Of a stretch of DNA of 64,000 bases, positions 11,101 to 22,200 are shown in pieces. A program made the position numbers and the translations under genes. The notes under the pieces are model-generated. The model worked only from the letters and a program-made list of their open reading frames with translations. It ran no database searches and was not told where the DNA came from. Each line of letters opens with the position of its first letter. Position 1 is the stretch's first letter. The stretch is from a virus, in IMG/VR virus record IMGVR_UViG_3300042691_041392. One strand, written 5' to 3'.

Positions 11101-12187
11101 CTACCAAACAACAAGATATAAATCTGTTGATGTTTACGCTTCAACTTATAAAGCAATCTCGTTAAAAGGATTTAGAGTAAGAGAAGCTTCACTTCCTGAT
11201 GGAACTGAAACTAGACAAAATGCTATTCTTAACTTAGTTGGTAGAGGAACTCCTTTATTCAAAGCGTTAACTAACAAAGAGGCATTAGATTTTAGATACT
11301 TAATTGACTCATTTGGATTAGGATTAACAGAAAGATCTAAACAACAATATGTTGATATCTGTGGAGATAGAAAAGACGCATTTGGTTTCTTAAATATGCC
11401 TTCAATGAAGTCATTTAAAAACTCATCATCTCCAACATTCGTTAACTCTGAAGGTGTTTTACAAACAGAATTCATCGCTAAAGGTGGTGATCCTGAAAGT
11501 GGACCAGCATTCCTTTACTCATTCGGTGACGGAGCAGGAACAACTTGTGTAGGTTATTTCTTACCTTACTTAACAGTAAATGATAATGGTAGACCATTAG
11601 ATATGCCACCAGCATCTCACGTAGCTACTACTTATATGAGAAAACATATCTCTAACTTAGGTGGAATAACTCCTTGGACTATCGCTGCTGGTGTTACAAA
11701 TGGTAGAATTACTAACATCGCTGGATTAGAACAAGATTTCACACTTGAAGATATCGAATTCTTAAACCAAGCTCAAATGAACCCTATCGTATTTAAGAGA
11801 AATAGAGGTAATATCATCGAGACTGAGAATACAGCTCAAACTCTTTATAGATCAGCTCTTTCTTACATTCACGTTAGAGAGGTATTAATTGAGTTAGAAA
11901 GAGAATTATCTAGAATGTTATTAGACTTCCAATGGCAGTTTAACACTCCAGATATCAGAGCTGAGATTAAACTTAGAGCTGACTTAATCTGTGAAACTTA
12001 TGTTAGTAGAAATGGTTTATACAACTACTTCAATAAAATGGATGAGGAAAACAACACTCCTGAAATCATTGACAACCAAATTGGTGTTCTTGATACATAT
12101 GTTGAACCAATCAAAGGTATGGGTATCATTGTTAACAATGTTACAATTCTTAGAACTGGAGCAATTGACGCAGGTGGTTTCCTATAA
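8153..12187 (+). CDS. Contractile tail sheath protein (gp18-like) with a large central insertion
   Basis: N-terminal RPGIFLEEFD...KGPVNTP; C-terminal PPAS..., PWTIAAG..NG, ALSYIHVRE, FQWQFNT, DEENNTPE. Confidence 0.92.
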   Translation: MAIQIGKYKRPGIFLEEFDNSVIATPLVEGITNMVMGVSKKGPVNTPIRITNVTDFENIFGTLDRSLERKGSFFHRTVAKMLETAPVFAMNLLLTDDNLDKIEYQSLSVSSDYANDIEREGAYRRFFDTTGFWKRDTESFINLTKSNTGYADRLLNITNLSDRFATVFIFKSSLTGFDRTLVEWYGSIDKIPAYVNSNDWASDYMVDVVVVAGDWSDYKTLAVDSRWSAYFNASGLRKSQIRNFANDRNVTLLGYYEGLSLIPYFRDANGRNIFIETTLNRDTDRTGIFCSFNADLAEADFFNGKIDLIGHTIAGKNETTINFLSYNETIAEEVEFVATPLDLPGNVTALMGTYSNGTHFFGGVSSYDNVSTFPVEPSGVQGGRSNTGFNNRTAWFSEGYVYDVMSTGTASVGTSSISITYSITDSSYLVVGNNYVPVTATGSLVVNSTDYTYSTVTASYYATYVLDSSGAFKVYKTTAQNTKPTVAATDTVLSYVFFKTRYGSILTSGYTQSNVTLNNTGAGGDDSYLDLVHGTASGKDYYISDLGSGSIKVSFNNTNSSPSTSNYEVYRRIKLFNKLVSILDSANKDKVVMVLKPSSISIDPVTGVGNDKYSLSGMTITDIVTSSTQNKSFVLNTGLTTADLSYVLNGFLCFYTVDNEFILGTEGFNTRMTSATQSFGIVSPYTKFYTQYFNGNINTSDYFYNNRMTEDILVAGGTVSVTFFDGETLSSITGFNTGVTSSFAGYDYILIDTSAISTSLGSNQDLGLEIGKVISIRGAETNTGTFTIDSDNLGAPNTGNGTGDFKLSSGSNLPDNYYVYRVVEETSYEVVNNVTFINDHSDYVHYLKMYLTGSNLTVDFKDSSLTSDERLHLYNNSTPSEDFRVASTFYVNSQDSNYKQTLEIESANGYTPVPNKILVKGERYTEVMIGDFLEAEYDSSLLKIGEYPRKLTRVLSKRAYAGDTSLVEITCDAAIKKVNFEGDYQTTRYKSVDVYASTYKAISLKGFRVREASLPDGTETRQNAILNLVGRGTPLFKALTNKEALDFRYLIDSFGLGLTERSKQQYVDICGDRKDAFGFLNMPSMKSFKNSSSPTFVNSEGVLQTEFIAKGGDPESGPAFLYSFGDGAGTTCVGYFLPYLTVNDNGRPLDMPPASHVATTYMRKHISNLGGITPWTIAAGVTNGRITNIAGLEQDFTLEDIEFLNQAQMNPIVFKRNRGNIIETENTAQTLYRSALSYIHVREVLIELERELSRMLLDFQWQFNTPDIRAEIKLRADLICETYVSRNGLYNYFNKMDEENNTPEIIDNQIGVLDTYVEPIKGMGIIVNNVTILRTGAIDAGGFL

Positions 12188-12199
12188 AAATAAAAACTT

Positions 12200-12231
12200 A
12201 AAAAAACCTCAGAGAAATCTGAGGTTTTTTT
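12200..12231 (+). terminator. Terminator after the sheath gene
   Basis: AAAAAAACCTCAGA-gaaa-TCTGAGGTTTTTTT. Confidence 0.85.
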
Positions 12232-12319
12232 ATTTTATAACGTATAAACTTAATTATTATCAAATTATATAATAGAGGAGATAAATTCTCAAATATATAT
12301 CAAAAAATAATTAATTTAT

Positions 12320-13267
12320 ATGTCACAAAACGAAGGAATGAGTGAAGAAGACTACTTAAAAAGACATCTTCAAGATTTAGATGAAGGTAAAAAAGTAGTT
12401 GAACAAAAACAAATGAATAGTGATATACCATTTCAAGCAGTTGATAATGCTAGAGTATCAGATTTACAATACTTTAACTTTGATATTAGAGAATTACCTT
12501 GTGGGCAATTCTATCCAGCAGGAACTCTTTTTATGGTTAGACCAGCTCAAGTAAAAGAAATACAAGCATACTCTATGGTGGACGATCAAAACTTCTATGA
12601 TATTGTAGAAAAAATGAACGATATGTTACAAGCTTGTGTTAGAATTAAATATCCAGATGGTAAAATTGCATCATATTTAGATATCAAAGACCAAGATAGA
12701 TTGTTCTTAATATTTTTAATCAGAGAATTAACTTTCCAACAAGGAAATGGTTTATCTGTAAATAATGTTAGATGTTCATGTGGTCAAGAGAATTCAATTG
12801 AATTAAAAAGAGGTAACTTTGTTTACTATGATATCGATGAAAAATTAATGAAGTTTTATAACAAAGGAACTGGATCTTATAATTTCTCAACTATACACGG
12901 TAAACATTTTGATTTAACACCACCAAATATTGGTTTACAAAAAGCTTTCAGTGATTATATACTCAAAGAAAATAACGAAAAAAGAAGTCCTAATTTAGCT
13001 TTCTTAAAAATCATCCCATTCATGTTAAATGGTAGAAGTCATATTACATACGAAGGAATTAAATCAAAATTAACAGAGTTTGAAGGTATGGATGATATTT
13101 CATTCCAATTCTTAAACGCAGCTGTTGGTAAAATGACTTTCGGAATTAAAGAATTAAAAAAGACTTGTTCGTGTGGTGAGGAGGTCCACACAGATATGCA
13201 GTTTCCCAACGGAGCCTCAGGTATTTTCGTTATTCATGATGCCTTTGAAGCATATATTAAAGAATAA
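12320..13267 (+). CDS. Baseplate hub or tail assembly protein (T4 gp26-like)
   Basis: LPCGQFYP...VRP..VKE, DRLFLIFLIR, two CxCG zinc motifs; lies between sheath and tube. Confidence 0.6.
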   Translation: MSQNEGMSEEDYLKRHLQDLDEGKKVVEQKQMNSDIPFQAVDNARVSDLQYFNFDIRELPCGQFYPAGTLFMVRPAQVKEIQAYSMVDDQNFYDIVEKMNDMLQACVRIKYPDGKIASYLDIKDQDRLFLIFLIRELTFQQGNGLSVNNVRCSCGQENSIELKRGNFVYYDIDEKLMKFYNKGTGSYNFSTIHGKHFDLTPPNIGLQKAFSDYILKENNEKRSPNLAFLKIIPFMLNGRSHITYEGIKSKLTEFEGMDDISFQFLNAAVGKMTFGIKELKKTCSCGEEVHTDMQFPNGASGIFVIHDAFEAYIKE

Positions 13268-13475
13268 GTTATTACTTCAAAAGCACTTTCACACACAAGA
13301 GTGGGCTATGGATAATTGGCCCTTCTGGATGTTTGAAGAAAATATTAAATTAGTCAATGAAATTATTGAAGATGAAGAAAAACAAAGAAAAGATCAAGAG
13401 GGTGGACAAAATGCGAACCTTCCAGATACAGGATCAATAATGAGAAATATGACAAGTAATATGCCAAAATTCTAA
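13236..13475 (+). CDS. Small baseplate hub assembly protein (gp51-like); probable start ATG 13236
   Basis: LQKHFH...MDNWPFWMFE...EE pattern; overlaps the gp26-like gene in the +1 frame. Confidence 0.5.
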   Translation: MMPLKHILKNKLLLQKHFHTQEWAMDNWPFWMFEENIKLVNEIIEDEEKQRKDQEGGQNANLPDTGSIMRNMTSNMPKF

Positions 13476-13477
13476 AA

Positions 13478-13513
13478 TAAAAAAAAACCACTCTTTTGAG
13501 TGGTTTTTTTTTA
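13478..13513. terminator. Bidirectional terminator
   Basis: A-run ACCACTC-tttt-GAGTGGT T-run. Confidence 0.85.
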
Positions 13514-13525
13514 TTATCATAAGTA

Positions 13526-14146
13526 TTAATATCCAGTGATAAGTGGAGGAGTAATTGAGAAGTTTTGATCAATGTACTCATCAACAAAGTAATCATAAAT
13601 AAAGTCAGCTTGAACTGTTTCAATTGTGTTGTTACCATTCCAATCTAAAGAGTAACCAGCTATTTGTTTAATTTGAACGTTTTGGAAAGTTACACGTCTT
13701 AAAACAACACCTTTTTTATCATGTTGGTTAACAATAACAGTACCAATACAATCTGATTTATAGTGCATAGAACCATTTTGAGAGTTAAATACTAAATCAT
13801 ACCAAGCTTTAAGTGTATTCCAAGTCTCCATTGAACCAGCTTGATTAACATTAACTTGAAATTTAATGTTAAAGTCACCACTAGTCTTAGTAGGAGTTGT
13901 ATTAAATACTCTTGTTGAATACTTAAATCTTTGTTCTTTTTGACCAACATCAAATTGTGTTAAGTTCATATCAATATTAGTAGCATTCTCTAATAAAAGT
14001 AGAGTATTTCTACCTTGTGCTGTTAAGATGTTTGGTAATACAAATGTTATCTCAAACAAATTTAAGTAAACAATCTCATCAGGAAGAGTACCTGGCCCCC
14101 CTGGTGAACCAACATTCGAGATTTGTGTGTAATGAGGAAGTGGCAT
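13526..14146 (-). CDS. Tail tube protein (gp19-like)
   Basis: NLFEITF, W.DLV.N...G, YKSD, LDW, F.YDYF pattern; near the sheath gene. Confidence 0.8.
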   Translation of the reverse strand: MPLPHYTQISNVGSPGGPGTLPDEIVYLNLFEITFVLPNILTAQGRNTLLLLENATNIDMNLTQFDVGQKEQRFKYSTRVFNTTPTKTSGDFNIKFQVNVNQAGSMETWNTLKAWYDLVFNSQNGSMHYKSDCIGTVIVNQHDKKGVVLRRVTFQNVQIKQIAGYSLDWNGNNTIETVQADFIYDYFVDEYIDQNFSITPPLITGY

Positions 14147-14270
14147 ATTTTTTAATTATTTTTTCTAATTGTATCCAATTATAAAGTATATATTTTTATT
14201 TTTTTTTCTCTTGTTTTTTCTATACTTTTCTTAGTATATATTAATTATAAAAACTAATTTTTTTCCATTT

Positions 14271-15080
14271 TCACACAATACCGGAGAAGAATCCTTTTGG
14301 ATAAGAGACATCATTTTTTTTACATAAATTGTATATTTTTCTCCAATTACAATCATATATTTTAGATAATTCAACAATATTTAAATTCTCATTAATTTTA
14401 AGAATTAATTCATTTAAATCAATTTTGGCTTTATTGGAACTACGTATAGGTGGGTTATTAATAATCTCTAAACACTTATTATACTTTCTTTTTAAACCCA
14501 TCTCATATCCACACGGATATAAATAATTATATAAAGATTCTATTTCACTATACTTCTTAATTCTTATATAAGATGACTTATTACCATTATTACTAATAAC
14601 TCTTCTTATTTCATATTGAGATATATTTAATGATTTAAATAAACTCTCAATATGAGTCCAATCTTGTTCATATGATGATGTTACATAAAATTGCCTATTT
14701 TTATTTTTCAAATTAAAATAAAAACAACCATCACCATCAATCAACCCAAGATAGAAATATCTAACCAAATCATTTGGTATATCATTTATTAAATCCAATG
14801 GTGATTTAGTACTTTTATTTAAAAAATATTTAGATATAAAAAAATCATAAAATTTAACATCACAGAAGTAAATAGTCATCTGTGGTCTTCTATTCTCACG
14901 ATGTCTATTCATAGTACATATCTTTAAAAAATCTATTTTTTTAATATCTTCTAATATTTCAATTGCATCATTTTCTAATATTTCTACACCAACTCTTTTT
15001 CTTTCTATAAATCCATCAGACCATAAAAATCCCAAAAAATAGATAAAATATTTATTATAAACTATATTCACATATTCCAT
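14271..15080 (-). mobile_element. Free-standing LAGLIDADG homing endonuclease
   Basis: Two motifs YFLGFLWSDG and FYLGLIDGDG. Confidence 0.85.
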
Positions 15081-15146
15081 ATAATTATATATACAAAAGT
15101 GTTATGTCCCTATACATATTTGTAAAAAAAAAAAATAAAATTTATT

Positions 15147-16268
15147 ATGAAGGTTTATATGATAACTGATACTCATTTTGGTATCTATTTAAACAACTTA
15201 GATAAATGGTTAAATATGATGGAAAATACTATCTATAATTTTTTAATACCATTTTTAAAAAAAAATGTGAAAGATGGTGATATACTCATACATTTAGGAG
15301 ATTTATTTGATAATAGAACATCAATACCAATTAACGTTTTAAATAAAGTTGAAAAAATATTAAAAGATATATCGAATATAATACCGATGCATATAATGGT
15401 TGGTAATCATGATTTATTCAACAAAGGATCCAATTCAATAAACTCGGTTAGGTTATATAGTTATATAAATGATAATATAACCGTATATGAGGAACCAACA
15501 AATATAAAAGTAATGAATAAGAATTTAGTCTTAATACCATGGGTGGAAAAAAGAATTGATTTAATAAAGGTGATTAAGGATAACCAAGGTGATTACCTAT
15601 TCTGCCATTCAGATTTAAATGGATGTGTAATGCATCTAAACTCCGTAGCTCACAGAAATGTTGATAAAATAGATGTTGAAGAGTTTGTTGGATATAAAGA
15701 AGTATTTAGCGGACACGTGCATATTTGTCAACGTAATAAGAATTTTAGATTTATTGGTAGTTTATGGCAAATGGATAGAAATGACACCGGTGACCAAAAA
15801 GGGATAACATCTCTTGATTTAGAGACTGGAGAAGTTGAATTTTACCCAAATAACTATTCACCTATCTTTAGAAAGTTTAGAGTTATCACAGAAGAGGATA
15901 TTGATAGATTAGATGATTTAAGAGACACTAAAGACTATATTGATATATCTATATCAAATAACCTCCTAATCAACAACAGAAAGCTTCGTAGAAAGTTAGA
16001 AGTGATGTTAGAAAGAGGTAACTTTGCTTCAGTTGAATATATTGATGATATTGTTCAAAAAAATGAAGATGGTGAAGAAATATCAGAAGCAGTTGAAATA
16101 AACGAAGAAACTATGGATATCTCTATTAAGTTAGAATATGAGAGTTATATAAAAGAATATATTCTTAAACAAAAGTATGAGAATGAAGATTTCAAAAGTG
16201 GTATGTTAAATGAATACGACGAAATCATCAAAATATACGGAGAAAATTATAAATCAAATATAGATTAA
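15147..16268 (+). CDS. Recombination endonuclease subunit, T4 gp47/Mre11/SbcD-like
   Basis: DTHFG, GDLFD, GNHD, SGHVH metallophosphoesterase motifs. Confidence 0.88.
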   Translation: MKVYMITDTHFGIYLNNLDKWLNMMENTIYNFLIPFLKKNVKDGDILIHLGDLFDNRTSIPINVLNKVEKILKDISNIIPMHIMVGNHDLFNKGSNSINSVRLYSYINDNITVYEEPTNIKVMNKNLVLIPWVEKRIDLIKVIKDNQGDYLFCHSDLNGCVMHLNSVAHRNVDKIDVEEFVGYKEVFSGHVHICQRNKNFRFIGSLWQMDRNDTGDQKGITSLDLETGEVEFYPNNYSPIFRKFRVITEEDIDRLDDLRDTKDYIDISISNNLLINNRKLRRKLEVMLERGNFASVEYIDDIVQKNEDGEEISEAVEINEETMDISIKLEYESYIKEYILKQKYENEDFKSGMLNEYDEIIKIYGENYKSNID

Positions 16269-16272
16269 AAAC

Positions 16273-16299
16273 AAAACCCATCTTTAAGATGGGTTTTTT
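16273..16299. terminator. Bidirectional terminator
   Basis: AAAACCCATCTT...AAGATGGGTTTT inverted repeat. Confidence 0.75.
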
Positions 16300-16553
16300 A
16301 TTAGTTTTATTTTTAAATCACCAGTACCTTTTATAACACGATGATAAACACCCATTGGTATAAATACTTTACCTTCAATTTTTTTAGGTAACTCATCATC
16401 CAATTGTATCAACCAATCAGTCTCTTCTAATGACTCTATAATACGATCTTCTCGGTCTCTATGCCAAGTAAATTCACCAGAGTCAGTATCTTGTTTAAAC
16501 TCTCTAATAAAAATGTTTTCTTCTAGCTCTATTTCTTTGAATGGTAGTTTCAT
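16284..16553 (-). CDS. Small cupin-like phage protein
   Basis: WHRDREDR...FIPMGVYHRVIKG. Confidence 0.6.
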   Translation of the reverse strand: MKLPFKEIELEENIFIREFKQDTDSGEFTWHRDREDRIIESLEETDWLIQLDDELPKKIEGKVFIPMGVYHRVIKGTGDLKIKLIKNPS

Positions 16554-16556
16554 ATT

Positions 16557-17915
16557 CTATATATAAAAATATTCAGGATAATTATTTGATTTTAATCTAT
16601 ATCTCATTATTTGTCTATCAATACCACTCTTCTCAACAGCCATTGATATAGATTCATATTCAACACCATTTATAGAAACTGGTTTTAACTTCGGTACACC
16701 AGTTTCCTTTAGTTCAACTACTTTATCTAAGTAAAACCATTCTGGATATGATTTAGAATTAAGTCTCCAACTTATATAATCATATTCTTTATTAAGAATC
16801 TTTGTAGCATCGGTTATAGAACCATATTCAACACCGTCTATTGACACTCTCTCTTTTTTTGATAAATGAGGATCAACTTCAACAAATTTATTATACTTTA
16901 TATTCAAATCATTATCAACAAAAAGATAGTTTTTAAAGCGTGGTGATCTAAGTCTAAATCGAATTAATGACCTATCAATATCTATTTTACTCACAGCATC
17001 TGAAATTGAATCATATTCAACGCCATCTATTATTATTTTTATTTTAGTTTCTTGGTCAAATCGTTTTCTTTTTTCATTAAGTCTAATCTTTATTTTTAAT
17101 TTTAAATCTTGACCAAGATATTCATAGAATTTATATCTTCTTTTGAAAAACCTATTTGGAACACAATCGAGATAAGAAATTAGACCATCTATATTTTTTT
17201 CAAAAATTAACTTATCAATCTTATCAAATTCCAAATCTTCTCTAATTTTATATTTTCCAAAAAAATATTTTAATTCATGTCCAAAAAAATCATAGAATCC
17301 ATCAGTGTTTTTAAGAAAATTATTATAAACTCTTTTTTTAATCAATTTAATTTCATTCACATATTCATCAAACCTACCTTGATTTATTTCATTCTTAATA
17401 AATTCACACCTTTCTTTGAATTTATCATTAAATTCCTCCCACCTCTGTTTATTTTTTAATATAGAATTAATTGATAAAATATTCTTATTAATATTTACTT
17501 TGAGTTTTTCTTTATATTCAGTAGCTCTTACTTCACCAAAAGACTCTTCATATGTTCTTCCTTTAGTTTTACTACTTTTGGATATCTTCTCTTTTATTAA
17601 ATCCAAATCTGGATGATTTGAAAGTGTATCACCACCATCTCCACCAGGAGAAATATTATATCCTATATCTCTTTTAGTTGAATCATACTCAGATATCCAA
17701 TAAATTTCTTTTTTAGACAATTCCAGATAATCATCAGTCTCATCAATAACCTCTTTGATAAAATTGTTGATTCCATATTTACTTATGGCACGTTTAATAA
17801 GTAAACCAGATCCAAAATAATTTGGATCTGATGTAGTATCTTTACCTATATAAATTTTATTATTTATTAGATTGGTAATTTTATATATTTGCATAATGAT
17901 AATTTTATTTACCAT
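16557..17915 (-). mobile_element. GIY-YIG (Seg-like) homing endonuclease with repeated C-terminal DNA-binding modules
   Basis: IYKITNLINNKIYIGK, YFGSG, GYNISPGGDGG; three I(D/N)GVEY.SI..A repeats. Confidence 0.85.
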
Positions 17916-17945
17916 TATATATTATATGTTTTACCCTCCATTAGA

Positions 17946-19148
17946 TTACCAGAAGCCGGGATAGGTCATATTGTTCCACAAATGACCATATCGATTTATT
18001 CTACATGCCCAGTAGCCTGCCTTAGTTTTATCTTTCTTAGTTGAACATTTATGACGAGCAGCAAAAGATTTTCTAGCCTCAGGGTTACTAACTTTAGCAG
18101 TTAAACCACCATGAACATCACCAAAAGCAATCTTTTTAACTTTACCAGTTTTAGGATTTTTAACATATACATAATACTTTTTAGTTCCACCTCTCATTGG
18201 GTAGTTTAACTTAACTTCTTTCCCATGATATTCAGCCTCATTTAAATCCTCAATTATCTCCATCGGAATATCCAAAGCCACCATCTCACCTTTAAACATA
18301 GCAAATTTTCCAATCTCAGTTGATTCATATAATTCTTTATCAATACCTTTTAATTCTAAAAGTCCAGAATCATAAAGATTTCTAGCTTCTTTTAACAAAG
18401 CAAAAAACTTTTTAGAACCAGGTCTAAAAACATTCTCAGTAACAGGTAATGAATTCATTAAGTGATATTGTAATTCTTGAGTAGGATTTTCTTCACATTC
18501 ACAAGGTTCACATTCACAATCCGAACAAACATCATTAGTATCAAAAAAATCTTCCTCTGGTTCTACTTCATCAACAGAAATTGAAATTCTAAAATCTTCA
18601 AACTTTTTAATAGCTTTTTTCAAACCAGGTGTGTTACCATCATTTTGAATTTCTTTTTTAGTTTTCTTAACTTCTTTTTCCGGAGTTTCCTCAAACTCAG
18701 ATTTAAATCCAACTAAGTCATCTTTTTTAGGTTCAAAAGATTTAACATCAAACTTAACTTCTTCCGAATCCTTTTCTTTTTTAGATTCACCAAGACTCCA
18801 AACATGATTACCTTCTTCATCTTGACCTTTACTTTTAACTTTAAGTAAATTCATCATATCTAAAGCTGAATCTATTTCTTCCGGAGAAAGGTTCGCACTG
18901 ATTTTTTCCAATTCTTCCGGAGAAAAACTGTTTAAAATATCAACAGCATTTCTAAGTTGAACTATTTGATCATAATCTTCTTGTGTTAAAAGATTCTCAC
19001 CACATTTTGGACAAGGCTTATTAACAGAACTTTCATAATCTTCAAATGGAACTGTCATATCAGAATAATCACAATTAGGATTATCACACTTTAAACCACC
19101 AACTTCTAAATCACTATGGTTATGTTCGTTATATTTCAATATTTTCAT
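17946..19148 (-). CDS. Modular putative head protein; probable start MKILKYNEH (19148)
   Basis: Zn-finger N-module, CECEPCEC, basic C-module KKIAFGD...RKSFAARHKC...AGYWAC beginning after LNE/A. Confidence 0.55.
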   Translation of the reverse strand: MKILKYNEHNHSDLEVGGLKCDNPNCDYSDMTVPFEDYESSVNKPCPKCGENLLTQEDYDQIVQLRNAVDILNSFSPEELEKISANLSPEEIDSALDMMNLLKVKSKGQDEEGNHVWSLGESKKEKDSEEVKFDVKSFEPKKDDLVGFKSEFEETPEKEVKKTKKEIQNDGNTPGLKKAIKKFEDFRISISVDEVEPEEDFFDTNDVCSDCECEPCECEENPTQELQYHLMNSLPVTENVFRPGSKKFFALLKEARNLYDSGLLELKGIDKELYESTEIGKFAMFKGEMVALDIPMEIIEDLNEAEYHGKEVKLNYPMRGGTKKYYVYVKNPKTGKVKKIAFGDVHGGLTAKVSNPEARKSFAARHKCSTKKDKTKAGYWACRINRYGHLWNNMTYPGFW

Positions 19149-19238
19149 ATATAATAAATTAATTTTATAATTGTATATATTAAAATTGATTATCAAAGAA
19201 ATGATTTTTTAATATATACCAAAAAGTATTAAATATAA

Positions 19239-22200
19239 ATGTCTAATCATAAGAATCTAATATTCTTCGATAAAGAGGGTGGAAGTTTAAATTTTCAGTA
19301 TAACGAAACAACAGATAGATTTGAAGGTGATATTCTATTTCACCAAAGTTCATCAGATATATACAAAACATACGGGTTGTATATGATGGAGAGAGTTCCA
19401 TCATTTGAATATGAATTACCAGGTGAATTAACTTTAAATAAATTTCAATTATTTAACGAATATGGTTTACATTTTTATGGAACCAATGGATCAACACAAT
19501 CTATAACTGCAATAGAACCAATAAATAATGATTATAACTTCTATTCAAAATGGATTTATGGTGATAATTTTGATAATTTATATCCAATAGGAACATTTAT
19601 AGTATTTAATTCTAACTTTTTGGAATTTACTGATAAGAAAAAAACTTATGTAGTTGTTGGTTCAAAGAAAAATGCTATAATGATTTTATCATCTGTTGAT
19701 AACGCTACATTTGAAAATGATTATTACTCTATTTACTCAGCAACCTCATCTTATCAAGATGTTACTATAAGAGGTATAAATACGGTTGGTGTTTATAATT
19801 ATATAGATTCAAAATTCAATAATAATATATCTGATTGGTCTGAACCGAATTTTTATGACAGATACTATCCAGGTAAAAAGTTAAATATAGTAGGTACTGA
19901 AAAAAATGATGGTGTAATAACTGTATTACAAGATAATTTAACAGATGCTATTCATTTTGAGTACTCAACATCAGAAATACCAGATAGTTCAAAGTTAATA
20001 ATAGAAGTTATATCAAGAACTGATTTACAAATAATATATCAAGGTGGTCTGTTAATCGATAATCAAAGTAGATTGTATTTTGATGATGATAAAGAAATAC
20101 CAAAAATATTAAAACCAGGAAGAGAATTTAAAATTGAAGGATCTGTTGAGAATACAAACTTTTTAAGAGTTGCGACAATACCAACATTTGTTGGAAATTC
20201 ACAAATGACTTATTACGCAACACAATCACAGGTTATTTATAATAATAAAGTATATGAATGCTTAATTGGATATACTCAGAGTTTTGCAGGTTCGTTAAAC
20301 TTTATAGCACCAGATAATTCACCAAATTGGGGGAAACAAACTTATATAAAGGTTGATAGTTCAACTACAACAGAACAACTACCTCTTTGTCAACTTTATT
20401 TAACAACTGATCGAAATTATTTTGAGTATGGATGGACACAAAGTACCAAAACAACTTTTGCATCAGCTGCTCAGAAATTTAAAGATGATTTAAAAGCTTT
20501 TAATATAGATCTATATTATAAAAATGGTTATTTAAAGGCGGATCTTATATATCCAAGTAAATATGCAATAGTAAACTTCTATCACACCAAATTAGGTGCC
20601 ACTTACTCAATAGGTAATGAGACACAAACAAACGAAAGATTAGTCGAAGTAAAAGAAAAACTAAACTATGAGTTAAATTATGATTATTCAGAAAACTATA
20701 AATATAATGTCGTTTTTACTGACATTGATGAATATGGAATTAAATTAATAATCAACAAACAAACTTACGAAGAAGAAGTTGCTTGGGTATATTCAGGTGG
20801 ATCACCTGATATGGAAAGAACTATTGATAGAACTTTAAGAGCATGGTTAACAAGAAACTATGTCAAATTATACACATTAGGTATTGTAGCTGAATTAGCA
20901 TACTTAGGAAGCTTCACATCACCATTTTACAATGGAATTGTTTTAAAAAGTTTCTATCCAAACGTACCATTTGATTTGGAAAGAGTTGAGGTTGGAACAA
21001 CCGCTAATTTCTTTATAGAACATTCAAGAGTTTTATTTGGATCATCAGCCTCTTTTGGTCCTTATTTATCTATTGATATAAATAATAAGAAATATGACCA
21101 AGAAACTATATATGCGACATATTCAGCAACACAATCAACATATAAACCGGTTGATATACCATCTACGTTAAGTGAATGGGTAGATACTCACTCGGAAAAC
21201 CTTTTAGAAATGGGTATAATTGTAACAAATATAAACAACCTACTCAAATTCGATCTTAATAGATTAGATAGAATTTTTCAATACTCTATAAGCACGGGTA
21301 AAGTAGAAATACCTGGATCTGAAGATTACACTATAACCAAAAAAATGAAAGGTAATCGAGGATCTTTAATTTCATCAAATGAAATAGCATTACCATCAAC
21401 AGCAACAGCTTCTTTTGAAGAACTTGGGTTTGCTACCGGGATGGTTGTAGCGGTACATAATACAAATTTCCCTTATAATAATCAAGAATATAATATAGAG
21501 TTTTTAGATCCACAAGTAATGAATTTAAGTTACCAAGGACCATTCTGGGGATTAACAAGTTCTATTTGTAACTCATCAGCTTATGTAACTTTGGCATTTG
21601 ATTTAGGATTTGGAGCAACAGCATGTTACATACCAGGTGTAACAGGTAGCGGAGGACCTTTTAATTCTAGTCAATTTGATCAAGTAATGTTTGGATTATC
21701 TTACAATCCAACAACATATGATTCAAATTCTCTTTTACTAGGAACTGATTTAGGAGCTACTAATTTAGTAGATTTGAAATATATTCAATTATCTAATTAT
21801 GTTTATTTATTTGGTGATAACGTGATTGTAATGGATGCTTATCTATATATGCATGTAAAAACAATAACACTATCAGGTAATGCAAATCCAATTAAAATGG
21901 ATTTTAACACATATAATAATTATCTATATTGTTTATCACAAAATAAAATATGGATTATCGATCCTCTATTAAATAGCATTGTCAAATCTATAACTTTAAC
22001 ATATAATGCTAAAGATATGGCTATCAATCCATATAATGGAGATATTTATATAACTTACTCAAATAGTGCTACAATAGACATATATGATTATTTAAATACT
22101 TTCGTAAAAACAATAACAACACCATCTACATTAGATACTATGACGGGTAAAATGGTATTTAACGACTTTGAAAAGGATATGTATGTCACAACCGATGCTA

